Counted from the stretch's first letter, positions 9,883 through 20,162 are shown. The stretch: 64,000 nucleotides of DNA from a virus (IMGVR_UViG_3300022671_000005:32001-96000); one strand, 5' to 3'. Notes: generated by a model from the letters alone, not told the origin. A program made the numbers and translations.

Positions 9883-10536
9883 ATGGCTGAAGAAAAGAAA
9901 ACGACAACTAAGCGAACCAGAAAGAAGAAGACTAAAACTTCTACCAATCCTTCAACTGAGGCTAAGAAAGCTATAGCTGCTGAAGAAGCTAAACAGGCAG
10001 AACAAGATGCTGCAAAGAAAGCTGAAGAAGAAAAAATCAAGGCTGATGAAGAGGCTGCTAAAGCTGAAGCAGAGGCTAAGGAGAAGGAAAAGGAAGAGTT
10101 AGAAAAACCCAAGAAGAGTACAAAATCCACTTCTAAGATTAAACTTCCTGAAGTTGAAAAAGTTAAGATCATGTTGAGGGATTATGTTGAAAGCGCTTCG
10201 AAAGGTGTTGCAACTCCTGCTACTAGAAAGAAACAAGTTGATAAACTTGTTAAGCTAGTTACTTTCCTTGCTAACAATCCTAAGAAAGAAGTTATTAATG
10301 AAGCATATGACACCTTTAAGAAAGAACGTAATGGTGTAATGCACGAATCATTACTTCTTCAAGGTGTTAGTCACTTGAATGCATCCACTCGTGAGAAGGT
10401 AGAACTCCTCTATGGTGCATTTGTTCTTACTTTATCCAACACTAAAGCTAAAAAGAAAATTCGTCCAAATATTGACTTATTGACGAAACGTTTTGGTGAT
10501 GGTGTTGGTAGCTGGTTTGCAGCTAAAAATAAATAA
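9883..10536 (+). CDS. Hypothetical protein with K/E/A-rich low-complexity N-terminus
   Basis: RBS agagg; 217-aa ORF followed by a hairpin. Confidence 0.8.
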   Translation: MAEEKKTTTKRTRKKKTKTSTNPSTEAKKAIAAEEAKQAEQDAAKKAEEEKIKADEEAAKAEAEAKEKEKEELEKPKKSTKSTSKIKLPEVEKVKIMLRDYVESASKGVATPATRKKQVDKLVKLVTFLANNPKKEVINEAYDTFKKERNGVMHESLLLQGVSHLNASTREKVELLYGAFVLTLSNTKAKKKIRPNIDLLTKRFGDGVGSWFAAKNK

Positions 10537-10548
10537 GTATATTCTTAT

Positions 10549-10581
10549 AGTACACCTGTGGGTTTAACCCACAGGTGTACT
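10549..10581. terminator. Inverted repeat, 16-bp stem, convergent junction
   Basis: agtacacctgtgggtt-t-aacccacaggtgtact. Confidence 0.75.
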
Positions 10582-10596
10582 TAAATTATTTCTCTT

Positions 10597-11043
10597 CTAT
10601 TCTACCGTAGATACCTTTTCCATTTCTCCTTCAGAAACAGATATCTTTTCTTCAACCATACGTTCTGAGATTCTATCATCTGCAGCTTTTAGATCAACTG
10701 GATTACCTTCAGAAGGTCTCTGTACCATATCTGGTGCAATCTGCTGAAGAAGTTCAATGACTCTACCTGCATGATCAGCATCATCGTCATCGCTTTTCTT
10801 TTGTAGATTTAACTTCAAATTATTTATCTGAACAGCTTCTTGACTTTTCATCAAACTATCAACTGTTGAAATCATTCCAAGTCTACTCTCTAATTCACTA
10901 GCTCGCAATTTTTCAGGAGTAAAATCCGTCTTTTCAATTGCTTGCATGACTTTAGAAATTAATGAATTTCTTCTAAGATGATTCTCATCTGCCAAAGAAT
11001 TTATGTTGGAAAAAAGATCGTCTATATCTTTAGTATTGTCCAT
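10597..11043 (-). CDS. Hypothetical protein (148 aa)
   Basis: RBS aaggtg upstream; helical composition. Confidence 0.75.
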   Translation of the reverse strand: MDNTKDIDDLFSNINSLADENHLRRNSLISKVMQAIEKTDFTPEKLRASELESRLGMISTVDSLMKSQEAVQINNLKLNLQKKSDDDDADHAGRVIELLQQIAPDMVQRPSEGNPVDLKAADDRISERMVEEKISVSEGEMEKVSTVE

Positions 11044-11094
11044 AATAAAACACCTTTTTTAAAAAAAATTAACTTATAGCTATACATATTATGT

Positions 11095-11388
11095 ATGACA
11101 ATATACCAACCAAACTTGCGTTTTCTGTTGTTGTCAATTGTTGTCAATACGTGTTCATGTCACTTTTCGTGCTTAATTTATGGTTGCTCCTTTGCCATAT
11201 CCAAGCTGAGTCTGTGTGGTCTTTTTAAGTTTGGAACGAAAAATGACGATCGGTTGTTGGTCGAAATCAACATGTCACTCCATGCCCTGCTTATCGGTTC
11301 TGGTTGTTCTGATAAGGGAGATGACATCTGATTCTCTATCAGACATTGCGTTGATGTAACCTACTGGGCATTGCCCAGTAGGTTACAT
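11095..11388 (+). ncRNA. Candidate structured non-coding RNA
   Basis: Intergenic, less AT-rich than its flanks, several G-U-containing stems, long-range pair ccaaactt/aagtttgg, terminal hairpin. Confidence 0.3.
11354..11388. terminator. Inverted repeat, 17-bp stem
   Basis: atgtaacctactgggca-t-tgcccagtaggttacat. Confidence 0.75.
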
Positions 11389-11411
11389 TATTTTCGTTCA
11401 CTAAATAAATA

Positions 11412-11419
11412 TATATTAC
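11412..11419 (+). promoter_or_regulatory. phiKZ-type early promoter TATATTAC
   Basis: Exact motif in intergenic DNA upstream of the 11467/gyrB unit. Confidence 0.7.
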
Positions 11420-11466
11420 ATATATGAAGACATACTTTTTAAGTTCATTAAATAATAATATACATA

Positions 11467-11946
11467 TTGGAGGAAAAGAGAATGAGTATGACTTGGTCTG
11501 ATTATATGGAAATCAAAAGTTGGAATGAAAGTTTTGAACGACAAATTATAAATGAGATCGAAGCTCTTGATGAGGACGATATTCATCACATTTTTTCTTT
11601 ATTTCAAAATGAATTGTGTGATAGGGAGATTCATCACATAACAGGAGTTCATGAATTTATCATTTACAAAATAAGAGTAGGAGCAGTCTTTACTGAAATT
11701 GGTCAACTATATAACTATCCTATAGTTTTTTCCAGAGAGTTGATGATTAATAGGCTAATTACCTTAGTTAGAGAAGAAGGGGCTGATCCGGTTACTATGA
11801 TTAATATGACAGGAGCTCATCCAAATCTAGCTACTGAAATATACAATAAGTATAGACAAACTCCAACTAATGTTCAACTATTTAATAAACTTTACACTCA
11901 ACAGAAACAACAACAATCAATTGAAGACAGGACTATAAATGGCTAA
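11467..11946 (+). CDS. Hypothetical protein, possibly HTH-containing (start probably 11482)
   Basis: RBS ggagg before ATG 11482; overlaps the gyrB start; LCDREIHHITGVHEFIIYKIR resembles an HTH. Confidence 0.7.
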   Translation: MEEKRMSMTWSDYMEIKSWNESFERQIINEIEALDEDDIHHIFSLFQNELCDREIHHITGVHEFIIYKIRVGAVFTEIGQLYNYPIVFSRELMINRLITLVREEGADPVTMINMTGAHPNLATEIYNKYRQTPTNVQLFNKLYTQQKQQQSIEDRTING

Positions 11947-14386
11947 ATACACATCAGCGGATGTACAGACAATTGAAGGGTTGGCTTACGTTCGTCACAG
12001 GGCAGGTGTATACGGTTTCGATGATCAAAAACAACAAGGTCAATTTCAGTTAGTAAAGGAAGTAATTGACAACACAGTTGACGAAGCCACAACAACACCA
12101 AACAAAGATCATGTTACTGATATCATATTTATTAAATATGGCAAAAATTATCAAGTTATAATACATGACACAGGCCGAGGAATCCCATTAGAATCTTTAG
12201 TTCCTTGTTTCACAGTATTAGGAACATCTGGTAAGTGGAATAAAGCTTATTCAGCATCTGTGGGTACTAATGGTATTGGGGCTAAAGCTACAGCAGCATT
12301 ATCTAGAAGATTTTGCGCTATAACTAGAAGGAAAGAAGGTAGCGCAATCGTATCTGTTGATCGTGGTGAAATAATCCATCAGCAAATTAATAAAAAGAAA
12401 ATAACTGATGGTGAACTTTATGGAACTACAGTATTTTACGAACCCGATTCAGACATTCTTGTAGGAACTGACAAATTCTTTGATGAAGATGGTGGATATA
12501 GACAGATTGTAGATCTTATTGAATTTATAGTAGTATTTACAAAGAATCTTACTGTTAGAGTTTGGAATAGTACAAATAGAGTAAAAGATCCTGACATCAT
12601 AGGAAAACCTTTAGATGTATTAAGTAACTTACATAATGTTAAGAAGACCTTATCGTTCGAAGCGTCGTGTAGTTGTACACCGACCGAATACATGCGAAAA
12701 AGGTATGGTCTGACAGCCAAGATTGAGTGGCATAGTGAAACCTTTGAGAAAGTTCTAGATCCAAATGATTCCAATGATGAGTTTGGGTATGAGATAAGTT
12801 TCTTCCTGACTTCAGATTTTAACAAAAGATCTGGTCAACTAATATCTGCAGTTAACATGACTCAGATATATAACAAGTCGGCTGTACATTTAGTGGGATT
12901 TAGAGAAGCTATCAAAGAGCAAATGACAGATTTTATTGACGATTCAGAAATAAGAAATTTCTTTATCGAACAATACAACTTACCATTCCACTCTATTGTT
13001 ATGGCCAAGTATCAAGGAGCAGCATTTAAAGATCAAGATAAAACAAACTTTACTAATGCAAGATTCTTGAAACTTTATAAGGCACATTTAGTAAAGACTT
13101 TTGAAAATCTTGGTAAGAAGTACTGGTTAGATTTATATGAAATGATTGCTGAAGATATTGAAGTTAAATATCACAAATTCAATGATCGTGGATTGAATCT
13201 AAGTGCTTCTATGAAGAACTTAGCGTATAGTTTAAATAAACCTGGATCGTACTGTGCATGTCGTGAAAAAGATCCTAGTAAAATTGAGTTGTTCATGGTT
13301 GAGGGTGATTCAGCTATGACAACCATCAAACAGATATGTGATAGAGACACACAAGCAATATGGATGTCTGGTGGAAAACCAGTAAATCCATTCAAGAAGG
13401 ATTATTCTGTAATTAGAAAGAATTTAGCTTATCAAGATCTTATTAAGATAATAGGTGTTAGTCCAGGAGATACCGATCTGTCTAATATGAATTTTAGCAC
13501 AATAAGCATACTTGCTGACGCTGATCCAGATGGCTATCACATATCGGCATTGATGTTAGGTATTCTTTATAGTATCAATCCACTTATATTGGCAGAGAAA
13601 AGAGTAAGATTATCCACACCCCCTTTGTATATACTAACACATCGTGTCCAACATAAATCATTGTTCGTTCGTGATAAAGCAGCGTTAATGGACGCTAGAT
13701 CAGAAACAGCTAGACGTGTTATAAATATAAAATTAAAGTGTGGAGATACAGAAAGACTATTGGATGAAGAAGAATTTCGTTCAATGTACTATCTTATCCA
13801 TAGGGTTGGAACAACGATAGAATCTGTAGCAAAGCGATTAGCCATACATCCAGGTATTTTAGAAATGTTTATGCATTGTCTACCTCATTTGAAAGGTAGA
13901 ATAGATACCAAAGCTATTGCTAAAAAATTAAATCTTGACTATTGTGGATATAAAGAAGCCAACAATAGTCTAATCATGACTTCAGGTGCAGACGAATTCG
14001 TGGTACCTCTAAATAATGTGGTAAGTGATATCACAGGACTTATCATGCCAGAACTAGGGCCTCTAGCATTCGATAAAATTGAATTACTAATATCAACTAA
14101 ACTAACAGATTTATATAAGAATCAATCAGTTACGTTGATGGAGTTGTATCACACATTCATGCAAGTAAGCGAGTTGTTTAACACCAGCAGAATGAAAGGT
14201 CTTGGCCAAATGCCAAAACACGTTCTGAAACAAACTTGTCTAGATCCAGCCACCAGATCATTTGTTACTTTGACCTCTTTAGGCGATGTCGATGATTTGT
14301 ACCGTGTATTGGGAGTTGATACTCAAGCACGTAAGGATTTAGTGAGTCAGTTTGTTGGAGGTGAAGACGACGATTATTTGTTATAG
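11939..14386 (+). CDS. gyrB: Type IIA topoisomerase B subunit (GyrB/ParE-like)
   Basis: GHKL motifs EVIDNTVDE, DTGRGIP and GTNGIG; TOPRIM motifs VEGDSA and DADPDGYHI; TPPLY; RMKGLGQM. Confidence 0.93.
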   Translation: MAKYTSADVQTIEGLAYVRHRAGVYGFDDQKQQGQFQLVKEVIDNTVDEATTTPNKDHVTDIIFIKYGKNYQVIIHDTGRGIPLESLVPCFTVLGTSGKWNKAYSASVGTNGIGAKATAALSRRFCAITRRKEGSAIVSVDRGEIIHQQINKKKITDGELYGTTVFYEPDSDILVGTDKFFDEDGGYRQIVDLIEFIVVFTKNLTVRVWNSTNRVKDPDIIGKPLDVLSNLHNVKKTLSFEASCSCTPTEYMRKRYGLTAKIEWHSETFEKVLDPNDSNDEFGYEISFFLTSDFNKRSGQLISAVNMTQIYNKSAVHLVGFREAIKEQMTDFIDDSEIRNFFIEQYNLPFHSIVMAKYQGAAFKDQDKTNFTNARFLKLYKAHLVKTFENLGKKYWLDLYEMIAEDIEVKYHKFNDRGLNLSASMKNLAYSLNKPGSYCACREKDPSKIELFMVEGDSAMTTIKQICDRDTQAIWMSGGKPVNPFKKDYSVIRKNLAYQDLIKIIGVSPGDTDLSNMNFSTISILADADPDGYHISALMLGILYSINPLILAEKRVRLSTPPLYILTHRVQHKSLFVRDKAALMDARSETARRVINIKLKCGDTERLLDEEEFRSMYYLIHRVGTTIESVAKRLAIHPGILEMFMHCLPHLKGRIDTKAIAKKLNLDYCGYKEANNSLIMTSGADEFVVPLNNVVSDITGLIMPELGPLAFDKIELLISTKLTDLYKNQSVTLMELYHTFMQVSELFNTSRMKGLGQMPKHVLKQTCLDPATRSFVTLTSLGDVDDLYRVLGVDTQARKDLVSQFVGGEDDDYLL

Positions 14387-14405
14387 TGATGCAAAAAGTA
14401 TATTA

Positions 14406-14435
14406 AGGTATGGTGACCAAATGGTCACCATACCT
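14406..14435. terminator. Inverted repeat, 14-bp stem
   Basis: aggtatggtgacca-aa-tggtcaccatacct. Confidence 0.7.
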
Positions 14436-14471
14436 ATCCTTCTCGTTATAATCTCATCAATAAAACACTAA

Positions 14472-14479
14472 TATATTAC
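14472..14479 (+). promoter_or_regulatory. phiKZ-type early promoter TATATTAC
   Basis: Exact motif upstream of 14532. Confidence 0.7.
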
Positions 14480-14531
14480 TACTACGATGTAGTATATACT
14501 TATTAACCACGATTTATATTTTAGGAGCATA

Positions 14532-15203
14532 ATGGAAACGGTTGAAAGATTTATAGATACTCAGATTGTCTATAGCAACTATTGGATCCATAGTGAACGA
14601 CCTGAAGTTGCAGGTAGACAATTTATTGAAGCTATATTCTACCTTCATTACGCTTGTAATAATTTAACCGGACTTTCTGCATGGAGATCTTACATTAATC
14701 TATTATCTATACTGAGAGTAGCTAGTAGGATTTATTGTGGTGAAAATGTTTCGAAAAAATTGATGAACGTCCTTGAAGGTAGAGATTTGTATGACAATGT
14801 ACATTTTGATGTATTGAGAAGGTTTATTAATACATCCACAAATATGTATGAGAAGATAATTTATGGTTTATTACATAAATCTTTAATATTACATAAGCCT
14901 GACACTTCCTTAATACCTAATAGAGATGAATTTATTTCAGACCTTATGATAATTCTTTCAAAATCTAGAAAGTTTAATATCATCTGCAATCCAGATTCTG
15001 AAATTCAAAACAATCAATACGGTGCAAGTGAATGGTTTGATAGAAATGTTAATAAGTTGAGTACCTATGATTACTACCTTGATGCAACCAAAATATTAAT
15101 GATAACAGACACAATAGTGTTGTCATATATGAAAAGAACAACAAAATTTAAAGAACTTTTTCCTAGTGTTAGGAAAATACAATTGAGAGAACTATACGAT
15201 TGA
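14532..15203 (+). CDS. Hypothetical protein (223 aa)
   Basis: RBS aggag; early promoter upstream. Confidence 0.8.
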   Translation: METVERFIDTQIVYSNYWIHSERPEVAGRQFIEAIFYLHYACNNLTGLSAWRSYINLLSILRVASRIYCGENVSKKLMNVLEGRDLYDNVHFDVLRRFINTSTNMYEKIIYGLLHKSLILHKPDTSLIPNRDEFISDLMIILSKSRKFNIICNPDSEIQNNQYGASEWFDRNVNKLSTYDYYLDATKILMITDTIVLSYMKRTTKFKELFPSVRKIQLRELYD

Positions 15204-15233
15204 TCACTAATAACACAATATAGGTAACGCAAT

Positions 15234-15689
15234 ATGAGAGTGAATCCACAACCACATGTGGAATCTTCTATAACGAAGAACTTTCTTGCTTCTTTGAACA
15301 GCGTCAAAGCAGAAGGTATTCCTAATAGAAATCTACATGGTGAGCTTCTCTTTACTAAGGAAGATGTGATGGCTTCTAGAGATGAGCTTACACAATTATT
15401 AAGGGCAATGTGTTTTGAGAAAGGTATGACTAAACAGTATGTTACAGAGAAATACCGATCCTACGCCCATGATGTTTTACAAGAAGTTCCAAAGAAAATA
15501 CCAACAGGTGCAGGGAACTTGTTGCATGCAATCAAACGAGACCCAGTGTCATTCAAAACATTTGTAAAATTATTTGCTTGTGTTTTGAATTATAAGTTTG
15601 ATCTGACTGTTACTATGACAGATCCAGATGGTAAAACTGAAGAGTTTAATTACGTCCAAACTATGGAGAGAATAGTTAACTCTGAATAA
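15234..15689 (+). CDS. Hypothetical protein (151 aa)
   Basis: ORF followed by a hairpin. Confidence 0.75.
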   Translation: MRVNPQPHVESSITKNFLASLNSVKAEGIPNRNLHGELLFTKEDVMASRDELTQLLRAMCFEKGMTKQYVTEKYRSYAHDVLQEVPKKIPTGAGNLLHAIKRDPVSFKTFVKLFACVLNYKFDLTVTMTDPDGKTEEFNYVQTMERIVNSE

Positions 15690-15705
15690 TTTGAAACGAC
15701 TTCAT

Positions 15706-15741
15706 ATAGAGTACTGTGATACATCTATCACAGTACTCTAT
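15706..15741. terminator. Inverted repeat, 16-bp stem
   Basis: atagagtactgtgata-catc-tatcacagtactctat. Confidence 0.75.
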
Positions 15742-15855
15742 TTTAAGCCATTACGAAACATTTTTTTAATCTATATATGGTATTTTTTCAAACTAAAATG
15801 ACATTATATACAAACCGACACAATTAAACTTTTCAATAAATAAGGGCATTTTTGA

Positions 15856-18129
15856 ATGGAGATTAAAGATGGTGGTTACTCTGTATCTGAAGCAGTTTCT
15901 AGAAACTATGCTTTGTATGGACAATCCACTTTACAAACAAAGATAGCACACGTTATAGATGGTATAAAATGTGTTGCTAGACGAATACTTTGGACGATAG
16001 GCACAAATGAAAAACCTAGACGTGTTACTGCTATTACAGGTTCCACATTAGAAAAATATCACCCATCAGGTGATATGTCTATTAATGATGCTATATCTAG
16101 GTTAGCGCAACCCTACAACAATATAGTACCACTTATATCTTCAGATACTAATGTGGGTATGTATGGTGGAGGAAAAGCTTCTGCTCCAAAATATCTTGAT
16201 GTGTATTCCGCTAAGTTTACTCAGGATGTTTTCTTCAATGGGATAGATAAAGAAGTTTATAAATATGTTCAAACCGAATATGGTGAAGGTGTAGAGCCAG
16301 AGTACCTGATACCAAAAATACCTATGGCGTTGATCACTGGAGATTTTGGTATGGCTATAGGACATAAAACAGAATTGGCCATGCTTGAGTTAAATTCTGT
16401 ATGTGAATTAGTCAAGAAGTATATCTCCTTAAAGAAGCAATATGGATGTAATGCCATTCCTAACAATGTCATGTTTCGTGAGACTGCAGAATTATTAATA
16501 CCAGACTTTCCTATTTATGGTTTGCTAAGAAACAGATCTAAATTAATGAAGGAATATTCACTTGGCAATTATGATGTTCCAGTTGTAGTAGATGGTATTT
16601 TGGAAATACATCAAAATAACATAACTATTACTTCACTACCTTGGGGAATATCTCCAAGTAAAGTAGACAAAGAACTTGGCTCATACATGGTAGAGAAATT
16701 AAATAGTTACACGCCTAAAGTTATTCAAAGTAAATTGGAATTTATGCACAAACACTTCAATGAAGTTGGAGAGCATAGCACTGGTGATGTAAAAGCTAGT
16801 CTAGAATTGACTATGAAGCGTGGTGTGTCACCATTTTTAGCTTTAGAAAAGTTAAAGGAACTTTCTCACTTTAATGGAAAATTTAATCCAAATACATTAC
16901 TACTTGATACAGATGGTGTTTGTAAGTATATGACACCTATTAATATTGTAGAAATATGGTATCAAGAAAGGGTTAAATCTATTTTAAATGAGTTGAAAAT
17001 AGTTCAGAATAGATATGTTAGAAAAGTTCGTGAACTTGAAGCTCAGATTATTATAATAGATCATACGAACACTGTCACTAAGATCTTTCAAGAAAGTGAA
17101 GATGATATTGAAGCCTGTCTCAAGCTTGCAAAAAGATTTGGTTTAACTGAGGCACAAGCTAGATTCATTAGAGAGATATCTATGGCAGACTTAACTAGAA
17201 AAGGTAAGGATGCACTTGTTCTTGAAAAAGAGAAGATAGAAAAACATTTGGATCTCATGAAAGCAAAATTTAATGCTATTGATGATGCTATATACGAAGA
17301 TGTTGATGAGATACAACGCAAGTATGCTAAACAATATCCTAGAAAATGTATGTTCCCAGATTTTACTGGCGCTATACGTGTAGACAATGGTTTTATACAA
17401 ACAAGGTCAGTAAATGAAATTGATGAATATATTTCTAGATTTGGAAATAATGAAACGGATATTGTGCTATACCCATCTGGACCTAAGAACAAATTCATAG
17501 TTAAAGATGAAATGATTTATACTGAAGACAGTATAGAACATCCTAGGGAATTCGTAGCCGATGATTACATTGTAACTAGATTCAAACCTAAGTTTACAAT
17601 ATGCATGAATAATGATGGTGCTGTTAGTAGAGTTCAAGGAATTGGAACATCTAAAGATCTAAGTACAACCTTTGTTGGAGATCAGATGTTGGTTATTGAT
17701 AGTTCCTACAATGTAAGTCAACAACCTACTTCTAATATATCTTTGAGAAAAACTCTTGGTGCTAGAGGTGCATTGTTCGATTCCATATATTTTAGTGATA
17801 TGGTCGCCGATGAAGTTATAGTTGCCACATGTAACAGTAGAGAAAAGAATAATATCAGATTTTCTAGAGTTACTGTTGGTAAAGGTAAAGTTCTAACTGT
17901 GGCTATAGGGAAGACTGAAATACTTGGAGTGTTTAGGGTTGATTGTGATTTTGCAGTCTCTGTACCGAACAAATATCTGAATAGATGCAATGTAAGACAT
18001 CTACTTATTAAAACATCTGACATTAAAACGGATTCTAATGTTAAGATAGATCTCAATAAGAGAATGGTCAATGATGGTAGAAGGATAAGTAAACTCGGTA
18101 AAGGGTCTTACATATATTCCATTAAATGA
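15856..18129 (+). CDS. gyrA: Type IIA topoisomerase A subunit (GyrA/ParC-like)
   Basis: DGIKCVARRIL, KYHPSGD, RLAQPY, ASAPKY (catalytic Tyr), PDFP, FGLTEAQARFI; beta-rich C-terminal domain. Confidence 0.9.
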   Translation: MEIKDGGYSVSEAVSRNYALYGQSTLQTKIAHVIDGIKCVARRILWTIGTNEKPRRVTAITGSTLEKYHPSGDMSINDAISRLAQPYNNIVPLISSDTNVGMYGGGKASAPKYLDVYSAKFTQDVFFNGIDKEVYKYVQTEYGEGVEPEYLIPKIPMALITGDFGMAIGHKTELAMLELNSVCELVKKYISLKKQYGCNAIPNNVMFRETAELLIPDFPIYGLLRNRSKLMKEYSLGNYDVPVVVDGILEIHQNNITITSLPWGISPSKVDKELGSYMVEKLNSYTPKVIQSKLEFMHKHFNEVGEHSTGDVKASLELTMKRGVSPFLALEKLKELSHFNGKFNPNTLLLDTDGVCKYMTPINIVEIWYQERVKSILNELKIVQNRYVRKVRELEAQIIIIDHTNTVTKIFQESEDDIEACLKLAKRFGLTEAQARFIREISMADLTRKGKDALVLEKEKIEKHLDLMKAKFNAIDDAIYEDVDEIQRKYAKQYPRKCMFPDFTGAIRVDNGFIQTRSVNEIDEYISRFGNNETDIVLYPSGPKNKFIVKDEMIYTEDSIEHPREFVADDYIVTRFKPKFTICMNNDGAVSRVQGIGTSKDLSTTFVGDQMLVIDSSYNVSQQPTSNISLRKTLGARGALFDSIYFSDMVADEVIVATCNSREKNNIRFSRVTVGKGKVLTVAIGKTEILGVFRVDCDFAVSVPNKYLNRCNVRHLLIKTSDIKTDSNVKIDLNKRMVNDGRRISKLGKGSYIYSIK

Positions 18130-18134
18130 AAATA

Positions 18135-18174
18135 TCTAGTATACACATGCACCTAGGTGCATGTGTATACTAGA
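18135..18174. terminator. Perfect 40-bp palindrome
   Basis: tctagtatacacatgcacct|aggtgcatgtgtatactaga. Confidence 0.75.
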
Positions 18175-18231
18175 CCCTTACTATATAAAAATTTTATTTT
18201 GCCATATTATGCATAATTCAAAAGTTTTAAT

Positions 18232-18924
18232 ATGAGGATAATTAACATGTCCATTGCAGAAAAAAAGAAAAAAATATTAGCATATATCAAGAAAGGGTTT
18301 AAGGACATAGATCCTGGAGGGTATAATTATAAAAGGTATGAAGAACTGTTCATGAAAATGTCAGATAAAAAATTCGAAAGATTGATGAAAGATCTTTCTG
18401 AAGGTAAATGGCAATTTCACATATATCTTCCAAATATGAAAGAACGGGTCCCTGCTAAAAATATACTAGATACTGCTGAAAGAATAGGTTGTAAACTATT
18501 TCACAGGATATGGATCACTGATCCTAATACTGGAAGAAAATACTTAACTAGACATACTTATCCTGTATACAACATTCCCGTTAGGAGAATGGAACAAACT
18601 TTAGATAAGAAGATGTCTGTACCAGATAGTGATAGGACTATAGATGGTCTTACTGGTCAAGTAACTGGTAAAGATAAAAGTTCAGCTTTATCTAACCCAG
18701 AGATTCAAGGATTACATTCTAGAGGTTTGAGAAGAACCCTTGACGAGTTAGTTACAGTTAGGGGTGGTGATATTTCTAGTTATGGTGAATTTAGAAGTCA
18801 ACTAGAAGAACAGGGTGATGCATCATTAGATACCCTTAGTGGTGGTACTGTTAGTAGAACTGCAAAAATTACTGAAGTATTCCTAGATGCAATGCATATT
18901 GAAAGTAATCTAATTGAGGAATAA
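18232..18924 (+). CDS. Virion RNA polymerase beta subunit, C-terminal fragment (phiKZ gp149-like)
   Basis: DGLTGQVTG and LSNPEIQGLHSRGLRRTLDELVTVRGGD parallel RpoB [28 protein letters not shown]. Confidence 0.85.
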   Translation: MRIINMSIAEKKKKILAYIKKGFKDIDPGGYNYKRYEELFMKMSDKKFERLMKDLSEGKWQFHIYLPNMKERVPAKNILDTAERIGCKLFHRIWITDPNTGRKYLTRHTYPVYNIPVRRMEQTLDKKMSVPDSDRTIDGLTGQVTGKDKSSALSNPEIQGLHSRGLRRTLDELVTVRGGDISSYGEFRSQLEEQGDASLDTLSGGTVSRTAKITEVFLDAMHIESNLIEE

Positions 18925-18926
18925 CT

Positions 18927-20162
18927 ATGCCTGTTAAAAACAACATGTTTGTATCCACTCCTAAGAAACCAGATATATCTGAAGTTGGAGAATCTCCTAG
19001 TAAGATATCTAATGAAGAGTGGAACAGATTAACTGACGAAGAAAAGATAGCTATAAACAAAGAAACCTTAGCTAATATAAATGCAGAGTATGATGCTAGG
19101 TGTACTCCTGCATTAGCAGGTACGACTGACGAGAAGGTCGTCGAACATAAAGCTAACGTTGTTGCTAATCAAAATGCTAGACTAACAGCTATAGCTCAAA
19201 TACCACAATTCTCTATTGAATGTAACAAGATATCAAAGTTGTCTAATTTCTTGGCTAAAGCTGAAGCTGCTATTATGGGACCAGTAGAATTAGCACAAGA
19301 AGTCTATGAAGACTTGTTGGATGGTTTACAATTTATACAAGACCAAGTGAATGAACTTGCTAATTTTTGTGACAATTTAGACACATCAACTAATTTACTA
19401 TCGGTTCAAGCAGATGCCGGTTTTTTAGGGATCTTGGATGTTGCTATTGGTTTAGCAGATCCGACATTGTGGCAAAAACTTGCCGAATGCGGAACTAAGT
19501 TAGCATTATTACCTGCATCTATTCTTTCACAAGCTACACGTGAGATAGCTGGGAAGTCTGTTGAGTCATTAGCTATTATAGTCAATACTGTTGAAACAAC
19601 AAAGTTGAGTGATTTGGAAGATGCTATAAAAGCAAGTGCTTCAATAGTTGGAGATTCAGCAGAAGACTTAGTATCTTTTGAATCTATATTAGCATTAGCT
19701 GGTCTTACAAAAGACCAACTTATACAGACTTTACCATTTGGATTTAATCCAGGTGAAGATCTTCTCTATGCTAGAGATATATGGAATGCTACTAGAGATA
19801 AGAAGACTAATGTATATGAAAGTGTAGTGTCTCCAACAAGACAGCTGATGGCAAGAGCCATGGTTGAAAGATTAGTTAATCCAAGATTAAATAGTCTTCC
19901 AGAATCAGGTGTTAAGAGGAACCCGTCTTCTAAGTTCACACGCAGTAATTCAAATGGTGTTAGTAACGTATATTCCTCTGGAGATGTGAGAGTTAGAGAA
20001 AGGAGTATTGTCTTTGGTGATACTTTCCAAGATCAGACGGGATATATACATATCTTAAATGAAAATATTTCTACGGAAGATAGAATAGAGATATACCGAA
20101 ACAATAAGAAGGTTAGATCTAGGAAGCTTAATCCTGTACCAGAACCTGTAAAGGTTTATTAA
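18927..20162 (+). CDS. Hypothetical protein, probably virion (411 aa)
   Basis: RBS gagga; co-transcribed with the vRNAP subunit. Confidence 0.7.
   Translation: MPVKNNMFVSTPKKPDISEVGESPSKISNEEWNRLTDEEKIAINKETLANINAEYDARCTPALAGTTDEKVVEHKANVVANQNARLTAIAQIPQFSIECNKISKLSNFLAKAEAAIMGPVELAQEVYEDLLDGLQFIQDQVNELANFCDNLDTSTNLLSVQADAGFLGILDVAIGLADPTLWQKLAECGTKLALLPASILSQATREIAGKSVESLAIIVNTVETTKLSDLEDAIKASASIVGDSAEDLVSFESILALAGLTKDQLIQTLPFGFNPGEDLLYARDIWNATRDKKTNVYESVVSPTRQLMARAMVERLVNPRLNSLPESGVKRNPSSKFTRSNSNGVSNVYSSGDVRVRERSIVFGDTFQDQTGYIHILNENISTEDRIEIYRNNKKVRSRKLNPVPEPVKVY

Noticed and set aside
11095-11331. 78-aa ORF as a protein
   Set aside because: No RBS and atypical Cys/Leu/Ser composition; better explained as non-coding
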